Assembly (NCBI RefSeq): GCF_964204645.1
Contig: NC_134032.1
Span: 15,426,275-15,490,274, forward strand
Direction: 5' to 3'
Source: Tubulanus polymorphus
Taxonomy: Eukaryota; Animalia; Nemertea
DNA length: 64,000 bases
A program made the translations under genes and the position numbers. The notes under the pieces are model-generated. The model saw only the letters and a program-made list of their open reading frames with translations. It had not been told where the DNA came from and made no database searches. This document shows, one piece after another, positions 27,901-42,001 of the stretch (positions within the stretch are counted from its first letter, which is position 1; every line of letters starts with the position of its first letter).

Positions 27901-30900
27901 GATTGGCATCTTTGACTATATACAGTTAAAATGGAAAATCGCAATTGAGCATAATGATTAAGTATCACAATGTGCCAGCATCTGTAACCATGGAACCACC
28001 ACCCAAAGATTGGCATCTTTGACTATATACAGTTAAAATGGAAAATCGCAATTGAGCAAACATGATGAGGTATCACAATTTGCCAGCATCTGTAACCATG
28101 GAACCACCACCCGAAGATTGGCATCTTTGACTATATACAGTTAAAATGGAAAATCGCAATTGCGCAAACGTGATGAGGTATCTCAATTTGCCAGCATCTG
28201 TAACCATGGAACCACCACCCGAAGATTGGCATCTTTGACTATATACAGTTAAAATGGAAAATCGCAATTGCGCAAACGTGATGAGGTATCACAATTTGCC
28301 AGCATCTGTGACCATGAAACCACCACCCAAAGATTGGCATCTTTGACTATATACAGTTAAAATGGAAAACCCCAGTTAAGCAATCGTGATTAAGTATCAC
28401 AATTTGCCAGCATCTGTAACCATGGAACCACCACCCGAAGATCGACATATTTACGTAGCTATCAGAAGACAGCATGTTTAAAACGGAAAATCGCAATAAA
28501 GCCAACGTGATGAGGTATCACAATTTGCCAGCATCTATAACCATGGAACCACCACCCAAAGATTGACGTCTTTGACTATACACAGTTAAAATGGAAAATC
28601 GCAATTGAGCAAACATGATTTAGTATCACAATTTGCCAGTTTCTGTAACCATGGAACCACCACCCAAAGATTGGCATCTTTGACTATACAGTTAACATCG
28701 AAAATCGCAATTGAGCAAACGTGATGAGGTATCACAATTTGCCAGCATCTGTAACCATGGAACCACAACCCGAAGATTGGCATATTTACGTAGCTATCAG
28801 AAGACAGCATGTTTAAAACGGAAAATCGCAATCAAGCAAACGTGATGAGGTATCACAATTTGCCAGCATCTATAACCATGGAACCACCACCCAAAGATTG
28901 GCATCTTTGACTATACACAGTTAAAATGGAAAATCGCAATTGAGCAAACATGATTTAGTATCACAATTTGCAAGCATCTGTACACATGGAACCACCACCC
29001 GAAGATCGACATATTTACGTAGCTGTCACATGACAGCATGTTTAAAATGGAAAATCGCAATGAAGCAAACGTAATGAGGTATCACAATTTGCCAGCATCT
29101 GTAACCATGGAACCACCACCCGAAGATAAGCATCTTTGACTATACACAGTTAAAATGGAAAACCGCAATTGAGCAAACATGATTAAGTATCACAATTTGC
29201 CAGCATCTGTACACATGGAACCACCACCCGAAGATAAGCATCTTTGACTATATACAGTTAAAATGGAAAACCGCAATTGAGCAAACATGATTAAGTATCA
29301 CAATTTGCCAGCATCTGTACACATGGAACCACCACCCGAAGATAAGCATCTTTGACTATATACAGTTAAAATGGAAAACCGCAATTGAGCAAACATGATT
29401 AAGTATCACAATTTGCCAGCATCTGTAACCATGGAACCACCACCCGAAGATTGGCATATTTACGTAGCTATCAGAAGACAGCATGTTTAAAACGGAAAAT
29501 CGCAATAAAGCAAACGTGATAAGGTATCACAATTTGCCAACATCTATAACCATGGAACCACCACCCAAAGATCGACATATTTACGTAGCTATCAGAAGAC
29601 AGCATGTTTAAAACGGAAAATCGCAATAAAGCAAACGTGATGAGGTATCACAATTTGCCAGCATCTGTAACCATGGAACTACCACCCGAAGATAAGCATC
29701 TTTGACTATACACAGTTAAAATGGAAAATCGCAATTGAGCAAACATGATTAAGTATCACAATTTGCCAGCATCTGTAACCATGGAACCACAACCCGAAGA
29801 TTGGCATATTTACGTAGCTATCAGAAGACAGCATGTTTAAAACGGAAAATCACAATAAAGCAAACGTGATGAGGTATCACAATTTGCCAACATCTATAAC
29901 CATGGAACCACCACCCAAAGATTGGCATCTTTGACTATACACAGTTAAAATGGAAAACCGCAATTGAGCAAACGTGATTTAGTATCACAATTTGCCAGCA
30001 TCTGTAACCATGGAACCACCACCCGAAGATTGGCATCTTTGACTATATACAGTTAAAATGGAAAATCGCAATTGAGCAAACGTGATTTAGTATCACGATT
30101 TGGCAGCATCTGTAACCATGGAACCACCACCCAAAGATAGACATATTTACGTAGCTATCAGAAGACAGCATGTTTAAAACGGAAAATCGCAATAAAGCAA
30201 ACGTGATGAGGTATCACAATTTGCCAGCATATGTAACCATGGAACCACCACCCAAAGATTAGCATCTTTGACTATATACAGTTAAAATGGAAAATCGCAA
30301 TTGAGCAAACGTGATGAGGTATCACAATTTGCCAGCATCTGTACACATGGAACCACCACCCGAAGATAGACATATTTACGTAGCTATGAGAAGACAGCAT
30401 GTTTAAAACGGAAAATCGCAATAAAGCAAACGTGATTTAGTATCACAATTTGCCAACATCTATAACCATTGAACCACCACCCAAAGATTGGCATCTTTGA
30501 CTATATACAGTTAAAATGGAAAATCGCAATTGAGCAAACATGATTAAGTATCACAATTTGCCAGCATCTGTAACCATGGAACCACAACCCGAAGATTGGC
30601 ATATTTACGTAGCTATCAGAAGACAGCATGTTTAAAACGGAAAATCGCAATAAAGCAAACGTGATGAGGTATCACAATTTGCCAACATCTATAACCATGG
30701 AACCACCACCCAAAGATTGGCATCTTTGACTATATACAGTTAAAATGGAAAACCCCAGTTAAGCAATCGTGATTAAGTATCACAATTTGCCAGCATCTGT
30801 AACCATGGAACCACCACCCAAAGATCGACATATTTACGTAGCTATCAGAAGACAGCATGTTTAAAACGGAAAATCGCAATGAAGCAAACGTGATGAGGTA

Positions 30901-33900
30901 TCACAATTTGCCAGCATCTGTAACCATGGAACCACCACCCGAAGATTGGCATCTTTGACTATATACAATTAAAATGGAAAACCGCAATTGAGCAAACATG
31001 ATTTAGTATCACAATTTGCCAGCATCTGTAACCATGGAACCACCACCCAAAGATCGACATATTTACGTAGCTATCAGAAGACAGCATGTTTAAAACGGAA
31101 AATCGCAATGAAGCAAACGTAATGAGGTATCACAATTTGCCAGCATCAGTAACCATGGAACCAACACCCGAAGATTGGCATCTTTGACTATACACAGTTA
31201 AAATGGAAAATCGCAATTGAGCAAACATGATTTAGTATCACAATTTGCCAGTATCTGTAACCATGGAACCACCACCCGAAGATCGACATATTTACGTAGC
31301 TGTCACATGACAGCATGTTTAAAACGGAAAATCGCAATGAAGCAAACGTAATGAGGTATCACAATTTGCCAGCATCTATAACCATGGAACCACCACCCGA
31401 AGATTGGCATCTTTGACTATATACAGTTAAAATGGAAAATCGCAATTGAGCAAACGTGATTTAGTATCACAATTTGCCAGCATCTGTAACCATGGAACCA
31501 CCACCCGAAGATTGGCATCTTTGACTATATACAGTTAAAATGGAAAATCGCAATTGAGCAAACGTGATTTAGTATCACGATTTGGCAGCATCTGTAACCA
31601 TGGAACCACCACCCAAAGATAGACATATTTACGTAGCTATCAGAAGACAGCATGTTTAAAACGGAAAATCGCAATAAAGCAAACGTGATGAGGTATCACA
31701 ATTTGCCAGCATATGTAACCATGGAACCACCACCCAAAGATTAGCATCTTTGACTATATACAGTTAAAATGGAAAATCGCAATTGAGCAAACGTGATGAG
31801 GTATCACAATTTGCCAGCATCTGTACACATGGAACCACCACCCGAAGATAGACATATTTACGTAGCTATGAGAAGACAGCATGTTTAAAACGGAAAATCG
31901 CAATAAAGCAAACGTGATTTAGTATCACAATTTGCCAACATCTATAACCATTGAACCACCACCCAAAGATTGGCATCTTTGACTATATACAGTTAAAATG
32001 GAAAATCGCAATTGAGCAAAAATGATTAAGTATCACAATGTGCCAGCATCTGTAACCATGGAACCACCACCCAAAGATTGGCATCTTTGACTATATACAG
32101 TTAAAATGGAAAATTGCAATTGAGCAAACATGATGAGGTATCACAATTTGCCAGCATCTGTATGCATGGAACCACCACCCAAAGATTGGCATCTTTGACT
32201 ATACACAGTTAAAATGGAAAACCCCAGTTAAGCAATTGTGATTAAGTATCACAATTTGCCAGCATCTGTAACCATGGAACCACCACCCGAAGATCGACAT
32301 ATTTACGTAGCTATCAGAAGACAGCATGTTTAAAACGGAAAATCGCAATAAAGCCAACGTGATGAGGTATCACAATTTGCCAGCATCTATAACCATGGAA
32401 CCACCACCCAAAGATTGACATCTTTGACTATATACAGTTAAAATGGAAAATCGCAATTGAGCAAACATGATTTAGTATCACAATTTGCCAGTATCTGTAA
32501 CCATGGAACCACCACCCAAAGATTGGCATCTTTGACTATACAGTTAACATCGAAAATCGCAATTGAGCAAACGTGATGAGGTATCACAATTTGCCAGCAT
32601 CTGTAACCATGGAACCACAACCCGAAGATTGGCATATTTACGTAGCTATCAGAAGACAGCATGTTTAAAACGGAAAATCGCAATAAAGCAAACGTGATGA
32701 GGTATCACAATTTGCCAGCATCTATAACCATGGAACCACCACCCAAAGATTGGCATCTTTGACTATACACAGTTAAAATGGAAAATCGCAATTGAGCAAA
32801 CATGATTTAGTATCACAATTTGCAAGCATCTGTAACCATGGAACCACCACCCGAAGATCGACATATTTACGTAGCTGTCACATGACAGCATGTTTAAAAT
32901 GGAAAATCGCAATGAAGCAAACGTAATGAGGTATCACAATTTGCCAGCATCTGTAACCATGGAACCACCACCCAAAGATTGGCATCTTTGACTATACACA
33001 GTTAAAATGGAAAATCGCAATTGAGCAAACATGATTTAGTATCACAATTTGCAAGCATCTGTACACATGGAACCACCACCCGAAGATCGACATATTTACG
33101 TAGCTGTCAGATGACAGCATGTTTAAAATGTAAAATCGCAATGAAGCAAACGTAATGAGGTATCACAATTTGCCAGCATCTGTAACCATGGAACCACCAC
33201 CCGAAGATAAGCATCTTTGACTATATACAGTTAAAATGGAAAACCGCAATTGAGCAAACATGATTAAGTATCACAATTTGCCAGCATCTGTACACATGGA
33301 ACCACCACCCGAAGATTGGCATATTTACGTAGCTATCAGAAGACAGCATGTTTAAAACGGAAAATCGCAATAAAGCAAACGTGATGAGGTATCACAATTT
33401 GCCAGCATCTGTAACCATGGAACTACCACCCGAAGATAAGCATCTTTGACTATACACAGTTAAAATGGAAAAGCGCAATTGAGCAAACATGATTAAGTAT
33501 CACAATTTGCCAGCATCTGTACACATGGAACCACAACCCGAAGATCGACATATTTACGTAGCTATCAGAAGACAGCATGTTTAAAACGGAAAATCGCAAT
33601 AAAGCAAACGTGATGAGGTATCACAATTTGCCAGCATCTGTAACCATGGAACCACCACCCGAAGATAAGCATCTTTGACTATATACAGTTAAAATGGAAA
33701 AGCGCAATTGAGCAAACATGATTTAGTATCACAATTTGCCAGCATCTGTACACATGGAACCACCACCCGAAGATTGGCATATTTACGTAGCTATCAGAAG
33801 ACAGCATGTTTAAAACGGAAAATCGCAATAAAGCAAACGTGATGAGGTATCACAATTTGCCAGCATCTGTAACCATGGAACTACCACCCGAAGATAAGCA

Positions 33901-36900
33901 TCTTTGACTATACACAGTTAAAATGGAAAAGCGCAATTGAGCAAACATGATTAAGTATCACAATTTGCCAGCATCTGTACACATGGAACCACAACCCGAA
34001 GATCGACATATTTACGTAGCTATCAGAAGACAGCATGTTTAAAACGGAAAATCGCAATAAAGCAAACGTGATGAGGTATCACAATTTGCCAACATCTATA
34101 ACCATGGAACCACCACCCAAAGATTGGCATCTTTGACTATACACAGTTAAAATGGAAAACCGCAATTGAGCAAACATGATTTAGTATCACAATTTGCCAG
34201 TATCTGTAACCATGGAACCACCACCCGAAGATCGACATATTTACGTAGCTGTCACATGACAGCATGTTTAAAACGGAAAATCGCAATGAAGCAAACGTGA
34301 TGAGGTATCACAATTTGCCAGCATCTGTAACCATGGAACCACCACCCAAAGATTGGCATCTTTGACTATATACAGTTAAAATGGAAAACTGCAGTTAAGC
34401 AATCGTGATTAAGTATCACAATTTGCCAGCATCTGTAACCATGGAACCACCACCCAAAGATTGGCATCTTTGACTATATACAGTTAAAATGGAAAACTGC
34501 AGTTAAGCAATCGTGATTAAGTATCACAATTTGCCAGCATCTGTAACCATGGAACCACCACCTGAAGATTGGCATCTTTGACTATATACAGTTAAAATGG
34601 AAAATCGTAATTGCGCAAACATGATTTAGTATCACAATTTGCCAGTATCTGTGACCATGGAACCACCACCCAAAGATTGGCATCTTTGACTATATACAGT
34701 TAAAATGGAAAAACGCAATTGAGCAAACGTGATTTAGTATCACAATTTGCCAGCATCTGTACACATGGAACCACCACCCGAAGATCGACATATTTACGTA
34801 GCTATCAGAAGACAGCATGTTTAAAACGGAAAATCGCAATAAAGCAAACGTGATGAGGTATCACAATTTGCCAGCATCTGTAACCATGGAACCACCGCCC
34901 GAAGATTGGCATCTTTGACTATACACAGTTAAAATGGAAAATCGCAATTGAGCAAACATGATTTAGTATCACAATTTGCCAGTATCTGTAACCATGGAAC
35001 CACCACCCGAAGATAGACATATTTACGTAGCTATCAGAAGACAGCATGTTTAAAACGGAAAATCGCAATAAAGCAAACGTGATGAGGTATCACAATTTGC
35101 CAGTGTCTATAACCATGGAACCACCACCCAAAGATTAGCATCTTTGACTATATACAGTTAAAATGGAAAATCGCAATTGAGCAAACATGATTAAGTATCA
35201 CAATTTGCCAGTATCTGTATGCATGGAACCACCACCCAAAGATCGACATATTTACGTAGCTATCACATGACAGCATGTTTAAAACGGAAAATCGCAATGA
35301 AGCAAATGTAATGAGGTATCACAATTTGCCAGCATCTGTAACCATGGAACCACCACCCGAAGATAAGCATCTTTGACTATATACAGTTAAAATGGAAAAG
35401 CGCAATTGAGCAAACGTAATGAGGTATCACAATTTGCCAGCATCTGTAACCATGGAACCACCACCCGAAGATAAGCATCTTTGACTATATACAGTTAAAA
35501 TGGAAAAGCGCAATTGAGCAAATGTGATGAGGTATCACAATTTGCCAGCATCTGTGACCATGAAACCACCACCCGAAGAATGGCATCTTTGACTATACAG
35601 TTAACATCGAAAATCGCAATTGAGCAAACATGATTTAGTATCACAATTTGCCAGTATCTGTAACCATGGAACCACCACCCAAAGATTGGCATCTTTGACT
35701 ATATACAGTTAAAATGGAAAACTGCAGTTAAGCAATCGTGATTAAGTATCACAATTTGCCAGCATCTGTAACCATGGAACCACCACCTGAAGATTGGCAT
35801 CTTTGACTATATACAGTTAAAATGGAAAATCGTAATTGCGCAAACATGATTTAGTATCACAATTTGCCAGCATCTGTACACATGGAACCACCACCCGAAG
35901 ATCGACATATTTTCGTAGCTATCAGAAGACAGCATGTTTAAAACGGAAAATCGCAATAAAGCAAACGTGATGAGGTATCACAATTTGCCAGCATCTGTAA
36001 CCATGGAACCAACGCCCGAAGATTGGCATCTTTGACTATACACAGTTAAAATGGAAAATCGCAATTGAGCAAACATGATTTAGTATCACAATTTGCCAGT
36101 ATCTGTGACCATGGAACCACCACCCAAAGATTGGCATCTTTGACTATATACAGTTAAAATGGAAAAACGCAATTGAGCAAACGTGATTTAGTATCACAAT
36201 TTGCCAGCATATGTACACATGGAACCATCACCCGAAGATCGACATATTTACGTAGCTATCAGAAGACAGCATGTTTAAAACGGAAAATCGCAATAAAGCA
36301 AACGTGATGAGGTATCACAATTTGCCAGTGTCTATAACCATGGAACCACCACCCAAAGATTAGCATCTTTGACTATATACAGTTAAAATGGAAAATCGCA
36401 ATTGAGCAAACATGATTAAGTATCACAATTTGCCAGTATCTGTGACCATGGAACCACCACCCAAAGATTGGCATCTTTGACTATATACAGTTAGAATGGA
36501 AAATCGCAATTGAGCAAACATGATTTAGTATCACAATTTGCCAGTATCTGTATGCATGGAACCACCACCCAAAGATCGACATATTTACGTAGCTATCACA
36601 TGACAGCATGTTTAAAACGGAAAATCGCAATGAAGCAAACGTAATGAGGTATCACAATTTGCCAGCATCTGTCACCATGGAACCACCACCCGAAGATAAG
36701 CATCTTTGACTATATACAGTTAAAATGGAAAACCGCAATTGAGCAAACATGATTAAGTATCACAATTTGCCAGCATCTGTAACCATGGAACCACCACCCG
36801 AAGATTGGCATATTTACGTAGCTATCAGAAGACAGCATGTTTAAAACGGAAAATCGCAATAAAGCAAACGTGATGAGGTATCACAATTTGCCAACATCTA

Positions 36901-39726
36901 TAACCATGGAACCACCACCCAAAGATTGGCATCTTTGACTATACACAGTTAAAATGGAAAACCGCAATTGAGCAAACATGATTTAGTATCACAATTTGCC
37001 AGCATCTGTAACCATGGAACCACCACCCGAAGATCGATATATTTACGTAGCTATCAGAAGACGGCATGTTTAAAACGGAAAATCGCAATAAAGCAAACGT
37101 GATGAGGTATCACAATTTGCCAGCATCTGTAACCATGGAACTACCACCCGAAGATAAGCATCTTTGACTATATACAGTTAAAATGGAAAAGCGCAATTGA
37201 GCAAACGTGATGAGGTATCACAATTTGCCAGCATCTGTGACCATGAAACCACCACCCGAAGATTGGCATCTTTGACTATATACAGTTAAAATGGAAAATC
37301 GCAATTGAGCAAACATGATTAAGTATCACAATTTGCCAGCATCTGTAACCATGGAACCACAACCGGAAGATTGGCATATTTACGTAGCTATCAGAAGACA
37401 GCATGTTTAAAACGGAAAATCGCAATAAAGCAAACGTGATGAGGTATCACAATTTGCCAACATCTATAACCATGGAACCACCACCCAAAGATTGGCATCT
37501 TTGACTATATACAGTTAAAATGGAAAACCCCAGTTAAGCAATCGTGATTAAGTATCACAATTTGCCAGCATCTGTAACCATGGAACCACCACCCGAAGAT
37601 CGACATATTTACGTAGTAATGAGGTATCACAATTTGCCAGCATCAGTAACCATGGAACCACCACCCAAAGATTGGCATCTTTGACTATACACAGTTAAAA
37701 TGGAAAATCGCAATTGAGCAAACATGATTTAGTATCACAATTTGCCAGTATCTGTAACCATGGAACCACCACCCGAAGATCGACATATTTACGTAGCTGT
37801 CACATGACAGCATGTTTAAAACGGAAAATCGCAATGAAGCAAACGTAATGAGGTATCACAATTTGCCAGCATCAGTAACCATGGAACCACCACCCAAAGA
37901 TTGGCATCTTTGACTATACACAGTTAAAATGGAAAAGCGCAATTGAGCAAACGTGATTTAGTATCACAATTTGCCAGCATCTGTGACCATGGAACCACCA
38001 CCCAAAGATTGGCATCTTTGACTATACACAGTTAAAATGGAAAATCGCAATTGAGCAAACATGATTTAGTATCACAATTTGCCAGTATCTGTAACCATGG
38101 AACCACCACCCGAAGATCGACATATTTACGTAGCTGTCACATGACAGCATGTTTAAAACGGAAAATCGCAATGAAGCAAACGTAATGAGGTATCACAATT
38201 TGCCAGCATCTGTAACCATGGAACCACCACCCGAAGATTGGCATCTTTGACTATATAAAGTTAAAATGGAAAATCGCAATTGAGCAAACGTGATGAGGTA
38301 CCACAATTTGCCAGCATCTGTACACATGGAACCACCACCCGAAGATAGACATATTTACGTAGCTATCAGAAGACAGCATGTTTAAAACGGAAAATCGCAA
38401 TAAAGCAAACGTGATGAGGTATCACAATTTGCCAACATCTATAACCATTGAACCACCACCCAAAGATTGGCATCTTTGACTATATACAGTTAAAATGGAA
38501 AATCGCAATTGAGCAAAAATGATTAAGTATCACAATGTGCCAGCATCTGTAACCATGGAACCACCACCCAAAGATTGGCATCTTTGACTATATACAGTTA
38601 AAATAGAAAATCGCAATTGAGCAAAAATGATTAAATATCACAATTTGCCAGCATCTGTAACCATTGAACCACCACCCAAAGATTGGCATCTTTGACTATA
38701 TACAGTTAAAATGGAAAACCCCAGTTAAGCAATCGTGATTAAGTATCACAATTTGCCAGCATCTGTAACCATGGAACCACCACCCGAAGATCGACATATT
38801 TACGTAGCTATCAGAAGACAGCATGTTTAAAACGGAAAATCGCAATAAAGCCAACGTGATGAGGTATCACATTTGCCAGCATCTATAACCATGGACCCAC
38901 CACCCAAAGATTGGCATCTTTGACTATATACAGTTAAAATGGAAAATCGCAATTGAGCAAACATGATTTGGTATCACAATTTGCCAGCATCTGTACACAT
39001 GGAACCACCACCCGAAGATTGGCATCTTTGACTATACACAGTTAAAATGGAAAATCGCAATTGAGCAAACATGATTTAGTATCACAATTTGCCAGCATCT
39101 GTAACCATGGAACCACCACCCGAAGATCGACATATTTACGTAGCTGTCACATGACAGCATGTTTAAAACGGAAAATCGCAATGAAGCAAACGTAATGAGG
39201 TATCACAATTTGCCAGCATCTGTAACCATGGAACCACCACCCGAAGATAAGCATCTTTGACTATATACAGTTAAAATGGAAAAGCGCAATTGAGCAAACG
39301 TGATGAGGTATCACAATTTGCCAGCATCTGTGACCATGAAACCACCACCCGAAGATTGGTATCTTTGACTATATACAGTTAAAATGGAAAACCGCAGTTA
39401 AACAATCGTGATTAAGTATCACAATTTGCCAGCATCTGTACACATGGAACCACAACCCGAAGATCGACATATTTACGTAGCTATCAGAAGACAGCATGTT
39501 TAAAACGGAAAATCGCAATAAAGCAAACGTGATGAGGTATCACAATTTGCCAGCATCTTGTAACCATGGAACCACCACCCGAAGATCACCATATTTACAC
39601 AGCTATCACAAAACAGCATGTTTAAAACGGAAAACCGCAATTGAGCAAACGTGATTAAGTATCAAAATTTGCCAGCATCTGTACACATGAAACAACCACC
39701 CGAAGATTGATATATTTATGTAGCTT
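24925..39726. repeat. 14.8-kb satellite of interleaved 108-bp (A) and 121-bp (B) monomers
   Basis: Shared frame catggaaccaccaccc.aagat ... ggaaaatcgcaat...gcaaac.tga...gtatcacaatttgccagcatctgtaac. A middle: tggcatctttgactatatacagttaaaat. B middle: gacatatttacgtagctatcagaagacagcatgtttaaaac. Roughly 130 monomers. Confidence 0.97.
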
Positions 39727-39773
39727 TAAGTCTTTTCTAGAATTTGAACATCAGTTGCTGGAGGAGACAAACT

Positions 39774-39912
39774 TTATTCCAATTGAAACCCTTTAAGCTT
39801 CTTGAGATTGAACCCACAAGTTGTCTGGCAAAGACTTCGAACATTTTGACAGCTGCTCGTGTAGAGCCGTTGATAAAACCAGCATTTATCATCATCAAAA
39901 CAAAGCTGAAAA
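39774..39912 (-). CDS. Candidate exon encoding a ShKT-like Cys-rich peptide (copy 1)
   Basis: After acceptors tgtag|/tttcag|: FQLCFDDDKCWFYQRLYTSSCQNVRSLCQTTCGFNLKKLKGFQLE*. CxD start and CxxTCG end resemble ShKT; the sixth Cys is absent. Start exon not found. Confidence 0.4.
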
Positions 39913-41814
39913 CTACAACCAGTGAGAGGAAGGTATGCACAATCAATGAGATGATTGTTCATAGCTGCCACCAATGGAGTGAACTGCAACCAGTGAGGGG
40001 AAAGTATGCACAATCAATGAGATGATTGTTAATAGCTGCAACCAATGGAATGAACTGCAACCAGTGAGGGGAAAGTATGCACAATCAATGAGATGATTGT
40101 TCATAGCTGCAACCAATGGAATGAACTTTCAAATATTAAATCAAAAGGAGGAGGGACTAATCTAATGTAATGGTATCAATGCTACGAATGTATGTAAAAT
40201 GTGAAAAGTAATAGTTTGAAAGCAAGATTGAATGCATTCATTTTGTTGTATTGAATAAAGTGTGTTCTGATGAAAATGATTAAAATGATATATACAGAAA
40301 AAATTAAAATCATATATATATATATATATATATACACGAATAAAAAAAAATGGATTACTATTTACAAATTTACAATATCTACAAAAAAAATAAAAACTAC
40401 TATTTACATATTTACAAGAGAAAAAAAAACTATTATTTACATATTTACAAGAAAAATAAAAACTACTATTTACAAATTTACAATATTTACAAGAGAGAAA
40501 TAAAAAATACTATTTACAAATTTACAATATTTACAAGAGAAATAAAAACTACTATCTACATATTTACAATATTTACAAGACAGAGAGAAAGAGAGAAAAG
40601 AGAGAGAGAGGAGAGAGAAAGAGAGAGAGAGGAGAGTGTGGAGAGAGAAGGAAGGGAGAGAGAAGGGAGGAAGGAGAGCGGTGAGAGGAAGAAAGGAGAG
40701 GAGAGAGTTAGTGGGTTAGAGAAAGAGGAAGAGAGAGTTAGTGGGTTAGAGAAAGAGGGAGAGAGTTAGTGGGTTAGAGAAAGAGGAAGAGAGTTAGTGG
40801 GTTAGAGACAAAGGGAAAGGATAGAGAGAGGGAAAGGATAGAGAGAGGAAAAGGATAGAGACAGAAAGGGAAAGGATAGAGACAGAAAGGGAAAGGATAG
40901 AGGTAGAAAGGGAAAGGATAGAGGTAGAAAGGGAAAGGATAGAGGTAGAAAAAGAAGGGGTTAAAAAGAGGCAGTTTAACGTCATACCTCAGGACAAACA
41001 GATAAAAATCACTGATAAAATGTATAGATAAAACGTATTGTTAAAAAGAGGCAGTTTAACGTTGTACTACAGGACAACTTGTAAACAGAGGAACACTAGC
41101 TATACTACTTAAATGTTACTAGGTATTTTAGACAATTCTATAAAATTCTATAATCATTTCAACCTCTGCAATTTTAATTCTACAAGTCATCTTTGAAAAC
41201 GTTTATATGAGATAAACTAACAAAACATAACGTAGCATTGAATTAATATTAATGTTATCAGGAGCTGTAAATCTGAAATCAACCATCAGCCATAAATGAG
41301 GAGGCGGGACTAATGCAATGAAATAATATCAATGCTCCAAACTTATAGGTTAAAATCTTGTTAAAACAATAGATGCAACAAGTGATATCCGGATCAAACT
41401 AAGATTGAATGCATTCATTCAGTTGTTTTGAATATTAAAATTATTTGATAGAATTAAAAATATTAATTATCAATTAAATCTATATCAAAATTTGAACTAA
41501 AATAGATTTGATGAATAGATATTATGAAGTTTAGAAAATTAAAAAGTTTTAAGATTATATTTGAAATGTTTAAATAATCATTAAAATCAATGTTTCAATA
41601 CATCTATCAATGTTTCAGTACATGTTTCATGACGCCCACTTTCAGTGTTTTGTAACACTTCACTTTCATTACCACCAATTGATTTAGCAGTAATTCACAC
41701 ACTTTCATTGTATCTGAACACTAAACTTTCGCTGCTATCAATATTGATTCAGCAGTCAACAACTGATTTGTGTCTTACTTATGAGAGAGGAGAGCGAGGA
41801 GTCATATGCAAATA

Positions 41815-42001
41815 TCAAGTCTTCTCTAGAATCTGAACATCTGGTGCTGGAGTAAACAAACTGTATTCCAATTGAAACCCTTTAAGCTTCTTGAGATTGA
41901 ACCCACAAGTTGTCTGGCAAAGACTTCGAACATTTTGACAGCTGCTCGTGTAGAGCCGTTGATAAAACCAGCATTTATCATCATCAAAACAAAGCTGAAA
42001 A
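41815..42001 (-). CDS. Candidate exon encoding a ShKT-like peptide (copy 2, extended C-terminus)
   Basis: Identical to copy 1 through ...GFQLE, then TAA->TAC read-through to YSLFTPAPDVQILEKT*. Confidence 0.4.

Noticed and set aside
28073-35692. Short ORFs inside the satellite
   Set aside because: Chance open frames in repeat monomers; the 121-bp unit breaks frame.
24925-39726. CRISPR-like constant/variable array
   Set aside because: Only two recurring middle types rather than unique spacers, no cas genes, eukaryotic context: it is a satellite.
39737-39946. Signal peptide plus amphipathic peptide ORF (MIVHTFLSLVVV...)
   Set aside because: Starts at TTG inside the 71-bp minisatellite; the hydrophobic part is the pyrimidine tract of the acceptor. 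The Cys-rich frame is better supported.
40270-40985. Lys/Tyr/Ile-rich and Glu/Arg-rich ORFs (also 18481-18977, 42780-43526)
   Set aside because: Low-complexity AT- and GA-rich tracts.
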